IMG/VR virus record: IMGVR_UViG_3300032218_003007
Location: 37,647-101,646 of that record
DNA length: 64,000 nt
Origin: a virus
Lineage: Duplodnaviria > Caudoviricetes
Reading direction: 5' to 3' (one strand)
Both the position numbers and the translations under genes were made by a program. Positions 1 through 9,563 of the stretch are shown in pieces. Numbering within the stretch: position 1 is the stretch's first letter; each line of letters opens with the position of its first letter. A model generated the notes under the pieces. The model had not been told where the DNA came from and made no database searches. It saw only the letters and a list, made by a program, of their open reading frames with translations.

Positions 1-2
1 CA

Positions 3-2093
3 GCACCGGCATGGGGAACAGTTGCTATTGCTGGCGGAGGCACAAACAGTACTGCTACACCTGCCGCTGGTGGTATCGCATATGGCAATGGTAGTGCCTA
101 TCAATTTACTGCAGTGGGATCAAGCGGACAAGCCTTACTCAGCGCAGGCACAGGAATACCTACCTGGGGAACTGTAGGAATAGCTGCTGGTGGCACAAAC
201 AGTACTGCTACACCTACCGCTGGTGGTATCGCATATGGCAATGGTGGTACTGCGTATGCGTTTAGTGCAGCAGGTAGCAGTGGACAAGTTTTAGTTAGTG
301 GAGGAACAAGTGCTCCCACATGGGCTAGTATAGGTTCAATTCCTGGCGCTGGCACAGTAACACAAGTAACAGTTTCTAGTGTTCCGGCATTCTTGACTGC
401 AAGCGTAGCTTCCGGCACTACTACACCTGCTATAACAATTGGTTACAGCGGCGCATCATTGCCGATTGCCAACGGTGGTACCGCATCTACCGCTACACCT
501 ACAGCAGGTGGTATATCGTATGGCACAGGCTCAGCGTATGCGTTTAGTGCAGCAGGTAGCAGTGGACAAGTTTTAGTTAGTGGAGGAACAAGTGCTCCCA
601 CATGGGCTTCTGCCAGTACATTAACTGTTAGCGCAGCAACTAGCGCAACAACCGCAACTAACCTTGCAGGCGGAACAGCAGGTAAAGTACCATATCAGAC
701 AGGATCAGGTACTACCGGATTTACAGCAGCTGGATCAAACGGACAAGTTTTGCTCAGCGCAGGCACAAGTTCTCCTATATGGGGCAGTGTAGCAGTAAGC
801 GTTGGCGGAACAGGCGCTATCGCAGTAGGATCGAACGGCTCAATTGCATACAGTGATGGTAGTGCATATGCATTCACTGCTTCAGTCGGAACAAGTGGCC
901 AAGTATTACGCAGTGCAGGTGGTGGATCGCCTACATGGGGCAGTGTAGCAGTAAGCGTTGGCGGAACAGGCGCTATCGCAGTAGGATCTGCTGGTTCAGT
1001 TGCATACAGTGACGGGAGTAAATATGCTTTTACTTCAGCAGGCTCAAGCGGTCAAGTGTTAACTAGTCAAGGAACAAGCGCGCCAACTTGGACTAGTGTT
1101 GGTACTGTAACATCATTCACTGCAAGTTCTAGTACTACATTCCTGACTACAAGTGTAGCTACCAACACTTCAACTCCAGCTTTAACCATAGGATTTGGTG
1201 CTACACCATTGCCTGTCAGTCAAGGCGGTACCGGTGCAACAACATTGGATACTGCAGGCATCGTGACTAAATCAGGTACACAAAGTGATATTAGCGGTGC
1301 TAAAACTTTCACTAATGGTGTTACTATCAATAGTGGTTTGACACTGGGCACTCCATTAAGTGTTACTAGCGGCGGCACTGGCAGTACAACATTAGATGGT
1401 GCAGATATAGTCACCAAAAGCCAAACACAAACAATATCGGGCGCAAAAACATTCAGTGGTGCAGTTACGCTAAATGGTGCAGTTACGCTAAATGGTGCAA
1501 CTACAGCAGTTACTCAAACTTCATCTGACAGCTCTACTAACGTGGCTACTACCGCATTTGTTCAAGCAGTAGCAGTATCTGCAGGATTCTCTGATATGGT
1601 AGTGAAAACTAGTAGCGGTTCCTGGACGGTGCCGACCAATGTTACAAAATTTAAAGCTATTGTAACCGGCGGCGGCGGCGGCGGTGTTTACGATGGAACA
1701 AGTTCTCGTAGCTCGTCAGGTGGCGCTGGTGGAACAGCAATAAAAATATTCACTGGTGTCACACCAGGGACAACATATTATTGTGAAGTTGGCGGAGGGG
1801 GTACCAGCTCTTCTTCTCCATTATCGACTACAAATGGTGTTGGTTCACGGTTGAGGTTAAACAGTAGTTCGGGTCCAATACAAATGTTTGGTAACCTTGG
1901 TTCCCGAACTACCTCGGATACCGTGGGTGGAAATGGTGGTACTGCTGATTTGGGTCAGCTGGAACTCGCTGGCGCTGACGGCGTAGGAGGATGCCAAGAC
2001 CCTGGCAATGCACCAAGTTTTTGGGGTGGTGGTTACGGCGCGGGCGGTGCACGAACTAATGGAAAAGGTGGCGTTATAGTTATCGAATATTGA
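3..2093 (+). CDS. Tail fibre / adhesin, Gly-Ser-Thr-Ala repeats with C-terminal glycine-rich domain (5' truncated)
   Basis: Frame is open from position 3, upstream of the track start at 114. ~45-aa repeats (GGTNSTATPTAGGIAYG...AGSSGQVL...APTW), a TNVATTAFV fibre motif and a C-terminal FKAIVTGGGGGG...GGVIVIEY domain. Confidence 0.8.
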   Translation, partial: APAWGTVAIAGGGTNSTATPAAGGIAYGNGSAYQFTAVGSSGQALLSAGTGIPTWGTVGIAAGGTNSTATPTAGGIAYGNGGTAYAFSAAGSSGQVLVSGGTSAPTWASIGSIPGAGTVTQVTVSSVPAFLTASVASGTTTPAITIGYSGASLPIANGGTASTATPTAGGISYGTGSAYAFSAAGSSGQVLVSGGTSAPTWASASTLTVSAATSATTATNLAGGTAGKVPYQTGSGTTGFTAAGSNGQVLLSAGTSSPIWGSVAVSVGGTGAIAVGSNGSIAYSDGSAYAFTASVGTSGQVLRSAGGGSPTWGSVAVSVGGTGAIAVGSAGSVAYSDGSKYAFTSAGSSGQVLTSQGTSAPTWTSVGTVTSFTASSSTTFLTTSVATNTSTPALTIGFGATPLPVSQGGTGATTLDTAGIVTKSGTQSDISGAKTFTNGVTINSGLTLGTPLSVTSGGTGSTTLDGADIVTKSQTQTISGAKTFSGAVTLNGAVTLNGATTAVTQTSSDSSTNVATTAFVQAVAVSAGFSDMVVKTSSGSWTVPTNVTKFKAIVTGGGGGGVYDGTSSRSSSGGAGGTAIKIFTGVTPGTTYYCEVGGGGTSSSSPLSTTNGVGSRLRLNSSSGPIQMFGNLGSRTTSDTVGGNGGTADLGQLELAGADGVGGCQDPGNAPSFWGGGYGAGGARTNGKGGVIVIEY
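252..988 (+). repeat. Exact intragenic duplications in the tail fibre gene
   Basis: 252-326 equals 534-608 (75 bp); 779-832 equals 935-988 (54 bp). Confidence 0.9.
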
Positions 2094-2220
2094 TTTAACA
2101 GGAGGCTTGAATAAATGAAAACACTTGTTGAACTTTATTTTTGCGACTAACGGTCACAAACTATAAAACCACTGTCTTATTGGTTGCAATAGATAGATTA
2201 TCATCACAAGCATTCTATAA

Positions 2221-2880
2221 TTAGAAGCTAGAAGTCATAGGAAACACTGTGGAGATCACCGCTGCGCAAGCAACAGCGATCTCCTGATGTTCTTTCTGAG
2301 TACCGTGAGCACTGCGTAATTCCATATAATGAATCCAACTACGTAGAGTACCATTCATATACAAGCGACTAACAGTGTTTCCCTCAGGCAGTATTGCACG
2401 AGCTTGTTCTTTGGCAATGCCACGTGAAATAGCCTGAGCATAGATATCTTTAACTAAGTTGATCACTGTTTTTTGCTGGTCCTGCCACCATGATTCCAGC
2501 TCATTATCATCCGTATCAATACTGTTTTGTCGATTTTTCAGGTCCCGGAGGCGTGCTTCTCGAACTACGAAGTCTAGATCTTGTGTAGGGTCTGCATATC
2601 TCTGGCTAAATTCCTGGAAACTGAAACTACGATGGCGCAGGATTTGTCGGGCAATATCTCGCGTGGTTTCTATTTCAAGACAAGCAGAAACCATTTCCAA
2701 CGGACTCCAATGCTGATTCTTGATCAGATATCGAATTAACTTTTCTGATGTTTCAGTGTTGAATTGATTTGCTGGATTACTGACTCGCGCACAGTATGCT
2801 ACAAGTTCTTGCATATCATCAATGCCTAGATCAGAAAATTCTGAGGTAGATTGACTGTAACTGATTAAACGAACGTTCAT
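2221..2880 (-). CDS. thyX: FAD-dependent thymidylate synthase
   Basis: RHRSFSFQEFSQRY signature, HWSPLE, EQARAILP, LRSWIHYMELR. Confidence 0.97.
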   Translation of the reverse strand: MNVRLISYSQSTSEFSDLGIDDMQELVAYCARVSNPANQFNTETSEKLIRYLIKNQHWSPLEMVSACLEIETTRDIARQILRHRSFSFQEFSQRYADPTQDLDFVVREARLRDLKNRQNSIDTDDNELESWWQDQQKTVINLVKDIYAQAISRGIAKEQARAILPEGNTVSRLYMNGTLRSWIHYMELRSAHGTQKEHQEIAVACAAVISTVFPMTSSF

Positions 2881-2894
2881 TAGATATTCTCCAT

Positions 2895-2921
2895 GTGTAT
2901 ACTGTGCAGCACAGTATACAC
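2895..2921. promoter_or_regulatory. Perfect 12-bp hairpin just upstream of the thyX RBS
   Basis: gtgtatactgtg-cag-cacagtatacac. Function unknown. Confidence 0.5.
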
Positions 2922-2925
2922 TGGT

Positions 2926-3267
2926 TTAGAGGTTTTTCAATAGTGAATCAGTGGCAGGCTGTATTGTTTTAGCCACATGCTCGATGCTGATTAAAAAATC
3001 AACATCTTCTACAATGCCGTCTAGTTCTTTTAGTTTGCGACTAATCTCTTGTTCGAGGAACTCTGCGTCAACGCCTTCAGTTAACAGATCTTGGACATTA
3101 ATGTCTACACTAGTGCCGTCGATCAAGTTGACCGTGATAGCATGCAAGATAGATACCGGAGCTTCTGCTTTTTCAACTTCTTTCAGTATCTGTCGCCACT
3201 TGTCCCTCTCGGTGAGAGCTAGCTTAAGCCGTTTGCTTTTTGCTGGTTTTTTTGGGCTTCTTGCCAT
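2926..3267 (-). CDS. Hypothetical phage protein
   Basis: 113-aa ORF overlapping the upstream gene in the same operon. Confidence 0.7.
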   Translation of the reverse strand: MARSPKKPAKSKRLKLALTERDKWRQILKEVEKAEAPVSILHAITVNLIDGTSVDINVQDLLTEGVDAEFLEQEISRKLKELDGIVEDVDFLISIEHVAKTIQPATDSLLKNL

Positions 3268-3898
3268 CTGAAGAAACTACCTTATCAAATGATGCAGCTT
3301 CCTTCTCCAGACGCTCGGCTTCAGCTAATAGCTGCTGTGCCTCTAGTTTCATCTTGGCTGCTTGGGCGATACGTTGACTAGCTAACTGGTCATCGGTTAG
3401 TACTTCTTCGATAGTAGCATAAGTCGATACATCAGCTACAGCTGTTCTGCTAGCAGGATTAGCTCCCACTTCTTTAGCTTCCTTCTTACGAGTAGTCAAT
3501 CCTTTGTTCTTATCCAGGTCAGCTAGTCGTCTGACTGCTTCTTCGCCTGTCTTCATCTCATTCAAGATAGTATTAAGTTCATCTAAACGCACGTTACTCT
3601 TTGCATTAGGAGTAATGATTACCTGATTAGTTGCAACTTTCTTGAGAAAACCACTGCGGTGCAAAGTATCTAAACAATTACGGCCGTCTTTCATTGTGAC
3701 GCGAAACAAAGCATCCGACAATTCTTCTGCTGCTTGCCCTACTGGGCTTTCCAAGCACTGCATGACTTCATCATGCAGAAGCTGTGGCAAAGTATCACTA
3801 TAGATAACGAGGCACATGTGTTCATCGCCTGGAACTTGCCTGAAGGCAAGCACAATCCTCTTATCGTTGTGCCTACCTACGTGTTTTAATATCTGCAT
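3224..3898 (-). CDS. Hypothetical phage protein with C-terminal coiled coil
   Basis: 224-aa ORF with an AGGA RBS. Confidence 0.75.
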   Translation of the reverse strand: MQILKHVGRHNDKRIVLAFRQVPGDEHMCLVIYSDTLPQLLHDEVMQCLESPVGQAAEELSDALFRVTMKDGRNCLDTLHRSGFLKKVATNQVIITPNAKSNVRLDELNTILNEMKTGEEAVRRLADLDKNKGLTTRKKEAKEVGANPASRTAVADVSTYATIEEVLTDDQLASQRIAQAAKMKLEAQQLLAEAERLEKEAASFDKVVSSDGKKPKKTSKKQTA

Positions 3899-3908
3899 GA
3901 TGATTTCC

Positions 3909-4163
3909 TTATTCAGCAGCTACAACAGCTTCATCTGCGGTAGTTTCAGCAGTATCAGCAACAGGTGCAGTAAGTGCGCCTTGAGCTTCTAGGAAGTTCT
4001 TGAGACGATCATGCAAGTTACCGACGGCAGACATTTCTTCAGCACGAACTGCGCCACGCTGTGCAACTACTTGGATCATGTTAAGAGCGACCATAAGGTC
4101 GTTAAGGGTTAAAGATGGTGCTGCTGTTTCAGCAGTTGTTGTTTGAGTGACTTCTTCAGACAT
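3909..4163 (-). CDS. Hypothetical phage protein
   Basis: 84 aa, GGAG RBS. Confidence 0.75.
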   Translation of the reverse strand: MSEEVTQTTTAETAAPSLTLNDLMVALNMIQVVAQRGAVRAEEMSAVGNLHDRLKNFLEAQGALTAPVADTAETTADEAVVAAE

Positions 4164-4241
4164 AGTGTTATATCTCCATTGTAAAATTATAACTACACAT
4201 ATTTAATGTGTGGCGCAGAGTAAGAAAAAAAATTTGTTGAT

Positions 4242-4541
4242 TTAAAAATCGTAAGGACTGGTATTTATAGTGTCGAGCATTAAGGCAAAGTAACTAGCTT
4301 CGCTTGGTATTTCAAATGATAACCTAGTCTTAAGAACGACACTATTGTGTTCTAACCTTTGTAACTCATCATAATAACTATCAAAGCAAAAACGACCTGA
4401 TAGATTGGTATATACCCAATCAATGATATCTTTTTCGCTAGTCCGTATATCAAATACAACTGATATAAAATGAGGAGGACAATGATTTATCCTCCTCAAT
4501 TCAAATACCGACAATGGGTTTACTTCGCCGTATTTAAGCAT
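4242..4541 (-). CDS. Hypothetical phage protein
   Basis: 99 aa, overlaps the stop of the upstream gene. Confidence 0.65.
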   Translation of the reverse strand: MLKYGEVNPLSVFELRRINHCPPHFISVVFDIRTSEKDIIDWVYTNLSGRFCFDSYYDELQRLEHNSVVLKTRLSFEIPSEASYFALMLDTINTSPYDF

Positions 4542-4899
4542 CCAGATCGTCAGTTACAATAGTGATTTTCATCGGACCATTATCAGGTTGCTTAATCTGA
4601 ATTTTTCCCTGTAGATATGTATCTGCGCTTTGTTTAAAGCTGTCTAGCATATCAATATTGCGCATGACCGAAGCAATTTCTATTGCACGACTGAGGTCTT
4701 CCAATAGCATCTCAACCTGAAGTAATCGCTGAACGGCATCAGTCAGTTCATCAGGTGCATTTACATAGGTAGGACTAAGGCTTTGCCCTAAGTCTTTTTC
4801 TGCAACGTCAGTGGTACCTTTCATATCAATAGGTTCGCTCAGACCAAGATAGTCAGCCATCTTTTTTACTGAATTTGGTGACAAAGTAGTAATTTTCAT
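4534..4899 (-). CDS. Hypothetical phage protein
   Basis: Start moved to MKITTL (4899), after an AAGGA RBS and downstream of the vWA gene. Confidence 0.65.
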   Translation of the reverse strand: MKITTLSPNSVKKMADYLGLSEPIDMKGTTDVAEKDLGQSLSPTYVNAPDELTDAVQRLLQVEMLLEDLSRAIEIASVMRNIDMLDSFKQSADTYLQGKIQIKQPDNGPMKITIVTDDLDA

Positions 4900-4909
4900 A
4901 GTTGATTCC

Positions 4910-6169
4910 TTACTTGACTTTCTTGGATGCAGTTTCATAAATTGCCCATACACCAAACGGCGGCTTGCACTCAGGGTTGCCCTTGATGATCCAAACTGTA
5001 TCTGTGTAATGTTCATCGCCCCATTCGCCACAAGGATAACCGTCAGTAAACATGATGAACTTCTTGGGTTCGATGCCGTTGTCTTTCATATAACGCCAGT
5101 TAGCCATGAAGTCAGTGCCACCACCACCTACAGGCACATAGTTGCCAATGTCTTCCATATTGTCACTGGTAAACTCTTGATCAGCATAAATTTCAGTATC
5201 AAAGCACCAGACTCGAATATTGTATTCGTCATAGGCTTCCATGATACCTTTGATTTCGCTCAGAAACACCTTGCTATCTGCTGTTCCAATTGAACCAGAC
5301 TGATCGATGCCGATGCAGATATCAATCATTTCACCGTTTTTCATGCCAGGCAGAATAGCATCCATATGCCAACCGCGACGACTAGGACGAGCAAATGTGA
5401 AGTCATTTTTAATTGTACTTTGAATCTGTTGCTCCAGCAATTCCTTCCAGCCAATCATAGGCTGGGTAAGGTCCTTGATAAGACGTTTGACACCATTCGG
5501 AACATTGCCAGCACCAGCTGCTTGTGCAGCATTAATAATGGCTTCTTTAATTTCATCGCGAATCTGGCGGCGATCTTCCGCAGTCAGTTTAACTGGACCA
5601 CTGCCATTGATGGATTTTTTTCCATCATTGCCTTCAGTGTTGTCCTCGTTATCTTCACCATCCATGTGCTCATCCAAAAGCATTTTGGTAAGCTGTTCAA
5701 TATTGATCTTGTCAGCATTTTTATACAGGTCATCATAGACCTCTTCCGCAGATTTACCAATATACTTTGTATCAAACAGCATGCCAACTACTGTAATCTT
5801 TTCACCTACACCGCTTTCAATAAGGTCAGCATTAACACAATAGTCGTCAGCAATGTTCCATAATTTTGGATCGCGGTTACCACGACGACCCATGTGATCG
5901 TATACGACATGAAGCACTTCATGACCGCATAGAAACTCACATTGTTTCAGTGGCATCTTATTAATGAATTCGCTGTTGTAATAGAAGTGACGACCATCAG
6001 TTGCAGCAGTCTGACACCAATCATCAGCATTGACCAGCTGAAGGCGAGTAGCAAGATTTCCATAAAAAGGTTGACGCAGTAATAGACCAATACGAGCTGT
6101 AACCAGCTTTTCACGGGCAGCAGCATCGACCTTCGGATTAGTTTTTGTGCGCTCAGCGATTGCTTCCAT
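4910..6169 (-). CDS. Metallopeptidase-like + vWA domain protein (DUF2201 type), MoxR partner
   Basis: TAATDG, HEVLH zincin motif, vWA MIDAS DQSGS, GGGGTDF, FTDG. Confidence 0.88.
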   Translation of the reverse strand: MEAIAERTKTNPKVDAAAREKLVTARIGLLLRQPFYGNLATRLQLVNADDWCQTAATDGRHFYYNSEFINKMPLKQCEFLCGHEVLHVVYDHMGRRGNRDPKLWNIADDYCVNADLIESGVGEKITVVGMLFDTKYIGKSAEEVYDDLYKNADKINIEQLTKMLLDEHMDGEDNEDNTEGNDGKKSINGSGPVKLTAEDRRQIRDEIKEAIINAAQAAGAGNVPNGVKRLIKDLTQPMIGWKELLEQQIQSTIKNDFTFARPSRRGWHMDAILPGMKNGEMIDICIGIDQSGSIGTADSKVFLSEIKGIMEAYDEYNIRVWCFDTEIYADQEFTSDNMEDIGNYVPVGGGGTDFMANWRYMKDNGIEPKKFIMFTDGYPCGEWGDEHYTDTVWIIKGNPECKPPFGVWAIYETASKKVK

Positions 6170-6196
6170 AGCATACTCCTTACATTATTTACAGAT

Positions 6197-6225
6197 ATTA
6201 TACTTCTCTGAGGACAACTTGTCAA
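6197..6225 (-). promoter_or_regulatory. Sigma70-type early promoter
   Basis: cggTTGACA-17 nt-TATAAT upstream of the vWA gene. Confidence 0.88.
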
Positions 6226-6240
6226 CCGCTTGATCCAATA

Positions 6241-6272
6241 AAAAAGAGGACTTACAGCTTTCGCCTGCCTCT
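6241..6272 (-). terminator. Probable rho-independent terminator after moxR
   Basis: AGAGG-CAGGC-GAAA-GCUG...CCUCU followed by a U run on the minus strand. Confidence 0.5.
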
Positions 6273-6293
6273 AGTCCGTGACTAAGGGACTCG

Positions 6294-7394
6294 TTACTTG
6301 CCGCTTGCAGCAATGATGTACTTGCCAAAACGCTGATGAAACTCATCGAAGTTTTTCATCTTGCCCGGCACCATCGGAAGGTTGTAGGTAGTCAGCGCCA
6401 CTCGCGCACCCATAACTACCAACTCGGTGGTAAAATTATCCATCATAAACTTGAGAAAACAGTCAGCCATAGAGTGCCAAGCAGGCATCTTGTCCTTGCC
6501 CAATTTCTTATGCTGTTCCTGCAGTTCATAGCACATAGAGATAGTCAGCGAATACATTGCCGAGATATCCTTGATCTTGAGTTCCTTGACCCTGCCACTG
6601 AGAACATCCTCGGGGTTAGGCATCTGGCCAGCCACCTTGCGATGAGCCATAAACTTCACTGCCAATCCTTCACCCACAGTGCCTGAGATAAGGTCGGTAA
6701 GCTCAGCGTCGGTAGCATCATCATCCTCGAGAAACTGTGACACAAAGGTCCAGCTCCGCGGAGTAGCGAATGCCCGACTAGCACTCTTAGCATCAAATTC
6801 CATGAGGTCTTGCTTAGCAAAGCTGATATACCCAACAACATCCTTGTGGATGTTGTTGCCCACAGCCCACTGGAACCAGCTATCAAAGTCAGGTCGGACC
6901 TCAAGATGAACAAAACGATTGGCTAACGGACTCGGCATGCGATAGGTCACACCCTTGTCAGATTCGCGATTGCCAGCAGCTACGATAACCACGTTATCAG
7001 GCAGCTTGTACTTGCCGCTGCGACGATTCAAAATCAGCTGATAAGCAGCAGCTTGCACGGCGGGTGCAGCCGAATTCATCTCGTCCAAGAACAGCACTAC
7101 AATCGGGTACTGCGAGGCGAGTTCCTCATCAGGCAGGTCAATCGGCGGCGCCCAATCCATGACTTCATTGTTCTTATTGAAGAACGGAATGCCACGAATA
7201 TCAGTAGGTTCCATCTGACCCATACGCAGGTCAATCATATAACCATTGAGGTCTTCAGTGAGGCCAGCCACCAATTCAGACTTGCCGATACCCGGAGGCC
7301 CCCACAAGAACACAGGACGTTTAGCCTTGAACGCCCGAAGAACACGCGAGCGAGCTTCAGACGGCGTAATAGTACGATTTTCAGTCACGGACAT
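6294..7394 (-). CDS. MoxR-like AAA+ ATPase
   Basis: Walker A GPPGIGKS, Walker B LFLDEMN, AAGNRESD, LANRF. Confidence 0.92.
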   Translation of the reverse strand: MSVTENRTITPSEARSRVLRAFKAKRPVFLWGPPGIGKSELVAGLTEDLNGYMIDLRMGQMEPTDIRGIPFFNKNNEVMDWAPPIDLPDEELASQYPIVVLFLDEMNSAAPAVQAAAYQLILNRRSGKYKLPDNVVIVAAGNRESDKGVTYRMPSPLANRFVHLEVRPDFDSWFQWAVGNNIHKDVVGYISFAKQDLMEFDAKSASRAFATPRSWTFVSQFLEDDDATDAELTDLISGTVGEGLAVKFMAHRKVAGQMPNPEDVLSGRVKELKIKDISAMYSLTISMCYELQEQHKKLGKDKMPAWHSMADCFLKFMMDNFTTELVVMGARVALTTYNLPMVPGKMKNFDEFHQRFGKYIIAASGK

Positions 7395-7425
7395 AAATTA
7401 CTCCTTAGTCACAATTTGTGCAAGT

Positions 7426-7454
7426 ATTATAGCTTGCGTGCGGTAGCTTGTCAA
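7426..7454 (-). promoter_or_regulatory. Sigma70-type early promoter
   Basis: cggTTGACA-17 nt-TATAAT upstream of moxR. Confidence 0.9.
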
Positions 7455-7457
7455 CCG

Positions 7458-7709
7458 TTAAACGCAGCCAAACTCCGAAAAATTCACAACGGCTAGCGCC
7501 GCCAACGAACGGCTGCTGCCTACACAAAGCTTGTTGCCGACCACATCGGCGCTGTACCATTCACCTTTGTAATAGTGAACGCTGCCCTGAGTTTTGAGTT
7601 CCAAGTCCAACACCGAAAACGCAGTATCGGTAATCGGCCATAACCAGCAAGCCTGCTCAGCCTCATCCTCATACTCGCATTCCCACGCAATGGCAATCAG
7701 GTCACTCAT
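7458..7709 (-). CDS. Small hypothetical early protein
   Basis: 83 aa with its own promoter and a GGAG RBS. Confidence 0.7.
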   Translation of the reverse strand: MSDLIAIAWECEYEDEAEQACWLWPITDTAFSVLDLELKTQGSVHYYKGEWYSADVVGNKLCVGSSRSLAALAVVNFSEFGCV

Positions 7710-7741
7710 GCTAGATGCTCCGTTTCGTTCAATATGTGCAT

Positions 7742-7770
7742 ATTCTATATAGCCAAACCAAGCTTGTCAA
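7742..7770 (-). promoter_or_regulatory. Sigma70-type early promoter
   Basis: cggTTGACA-17 nt-TAGAAT. Confidence 0.85.
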
Positions 7771-7847
7771 CCGTTTGGCAAAAATAATTTTAGGCGTATA
7801 GCAGCATCAATGTGCTGATTGGACAAGTTTCTTTCAAGCAATTTTAA

Positions 7848-7919
7848 CTAAGTGATTGATTTTCTTAGATTTTTACTCAGGACTGAACTGTAGCACAGCT
7901 TATCTAAGTAATTGATTTT
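7848..7919. repeat. 16-bp direct repeat, each copy matching the IHF consensus
   Basis: ctaagtgattgatttt (7848-7863) and ctaagtaattgatttt (7904-7919). The reverse strand reads AATCAA-N4-TTA, matching WATCAANNNNTTR. Confidence 0.55.
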
Positions 7920-8313
7920 ATTGACTTTCTAGATTGTCTAGATATGAAGCTAAGTCTCCGGCATGGAGGTTAAGCATGATAGCGTCCTTTTCTCCGAGTA
8001 CGTAAATATAGCGATTCAAGAGGTAATACGGTTCATCGAACAGGCGTTCTAGCTGTAGCATTATCTTTGGTGTGACAGTCTGGTTATTATGCAATTGAAT
8101 TTCATGGAAATGAAATCTTGCCTTGCTACTGAAAAATTTAAATCCTACACGAGTCAAGCGTAGACTGATAGGATTGATAGGATTTTGCCACCATGCTGCG
8201 CGAACATTATCAATAACTGAGAAGTCTATACCAATTTTGGTTAGAACTAGCTCTTCGTAGAGTCGTTTTTTATCAGGGAAATATCTGTTCGCCTGCACGC
8301 AAAAGAACCACAC
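7918..8313 (-). CDS. Hypothetical phage protein (start uncertain)
   Basis: ORF in a contiguous minus-strand operon. Confidence 0.6.
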   Translation of the reverse strand: MWFFCVQANRYFPDKKRLYEELVLTKIGIDFSVIDNVRAAWWQNPINPISLRLTRVGFKFFSSKARFHFHEIQLHNNQTVTPKIMLQLERLFDEPYYLLNRYIYVLGEKDAIMLNLHAGDLASYLDNLESQ

Positions 8314-8560
8314 TGAACTTATCAGTCTTATAAAGTGAGTTAAGTTTTTTAGCTAGGTTGATAGCGTGACCTTTGTTACTGAAGCTGACTTTTTTGTACT
8401 TAGGTCCTGGATAGTTAACCAGCATATTATATGTTTTGAGATTGATAGGCTGTTGATTATAAAATACAGCCCAAATCCCTTCACTTGCTAATACTTGATC
8501 ACTCTTGTATGTAGTTTTGTTTACGTATTCTAACAACACGGTTGGCTTTGGTCTACTCAT
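8273..8560 (-). CDS. Conserved-looking phage protein (MSRPKPTVLL..., YPGPKYKKVSFSN)
   Basis: 95 aa, preceded by an ATAAATA motif at 8582-8588. Confidence 0.75.
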   Translation of the reverse strand: MSRPKPTVLLEYVNKTTYKSDQVLASEGIWAVFYNQQPINLKTYNMLVNYPGPKYKKVSFSNKGHAINLAKKLNSLYKTDKFSVVLLRAGEQIFP

Positions 8561-8605
8561 CGAATCTTATCCTTGATGAAGTATTTATCCAGATAACATC
8601 GTATA

Positions 8606-8833
8606 TTACTTAAAGCCACCGCCATCCATGCCAATCTTAACAACAGCATCAGTTTCTACTGCTGCTGGACGACGAGTTAAGTCTGCGATCTGAGCCAATA
8701 ATGCAAACAATTCAGTGTGTAAATTGCGAGCCTCGATTGCAGATAGCACTACGTCTTTCTTTTGTGTTTGGTTCATTACTCGTACTTTGTCATTGAATAA
8801 CTTAAGAGGAAGAGCTATGTTTTGATCATTCAT
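8606..8833 (-). CDS. Hypothetical phage protein
   Basis: 75 aa, ATGA-type overlap with its neighbour. Confidence 0.7.
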   Translation of the reverse strand: MNDQNIALPLKLFNDKVRVMNQTQKKDVVLSAIEARNLHTELFALLAQIADLTRRPAAVETDAVVKIGMDGGGFK

Positions 8834-9291
8834 GGTTTGTTTTTCTGTAATTCTTGTTCTGTGTGAAAAGGTCCACGATGTTCATAGCGATTAACTGCAA
8901 TAAGTTTTGGGCAGAATATTTCTGACCACACATCGCCCATTTTTATCCAGTAATAACCAGCGCAGAAAAAACATTTACTCTTGCTAGATTTAGTATAAAC
9001 AGGAATACGCTTTTGTAGGTCGTATACTGCATTGAATATCTTGCTATCAGTAGGATATCCATAAATTTCTCTCAAACCTGTACTTAGATTCTTACGCTCC
9101 AGCCTACTGATCTCAATATTGTATTTTCTCTTCAACAGATTGAAGCTAGGAAACATCTCTCGTCTAGCACCGCTAACGAATGCTACTCCACCGCCTTCAT
9201 CTACCGCTTGAATAGTAGCTACTTTTCGTCCACTATTTTCAACAATCCAGAATTTATTTTTCACAATTGGCTTTGCGATTAAAATGCTCAT
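8830..9291 (-). CDS. Hypothetical phage protein
   Basis: 153 aa with 4-bp overlaps on both sides. Confidence 0.75.
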   Translation of the reverse strand: MSILIAKPIVKNKFWIVENSGRKVATIQAVDEGGGVAFVSGARREMFPSFNLLKRKYNIEISRLERKNLSTGLREIYGYPTDSKIFNAVYDLQKRIPVYTKSSKSKCFFCAGYYWIKMGDVWSEIFCPKLIAVNRYEHRGPFHTEQELQKNKP

Positions 9292-9563
9292 TGGCTAATG
9301 ATCTCCATACTTACGATCTGTGCAATACGTTCTGACAATGACTCTTCTTCACTGACTACATATGTAAATGAACGATTTCGATCAGTTTTTCTTTCGTATT
9401 TGTGAACCTGTATTACAGTGCCGCCACGGGCAGGCAAAACTTTAAGAGAAAACGAGTCGGTCATGTTTATTTCGTCAAGAATAGAAATACTACCGAGTTT
9501 TGTGTTTTCATTCCCCCACGATTCTCTAACTTTGTTTTCAAACCAATCATTAAACCATTTCAT
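9288..9563 (-). CDS. Hypothetical phage protein
   Basis: Start moved to MKWFNDWF, after a GAAGGA RBS. Confidence 0.65.
   Translation of the reverse strand: MKWFNDWFENKVRESWGNENTKLGSISILDEINMTDSFSLKVLPARGGTVIQVHKYERKTDRNRSFTYVVSEEESLSERIAQIVSMEIISQ

Noticed and set aside
3-1500. CRISPR array or DGR template/variable repeats
   Set aside because: The repeats are in-frame coding units with no unique spacers, no adenine-specific mismatches and no reverse transcriptase in the window.
6241-6293. Self-cleaving ribozyme or riboswitch after moxR
   Set aside because: It has two hairpins and a GAAA tetraloop but no hammerhead, twister or pistol core that I can match. A terminator explains it.
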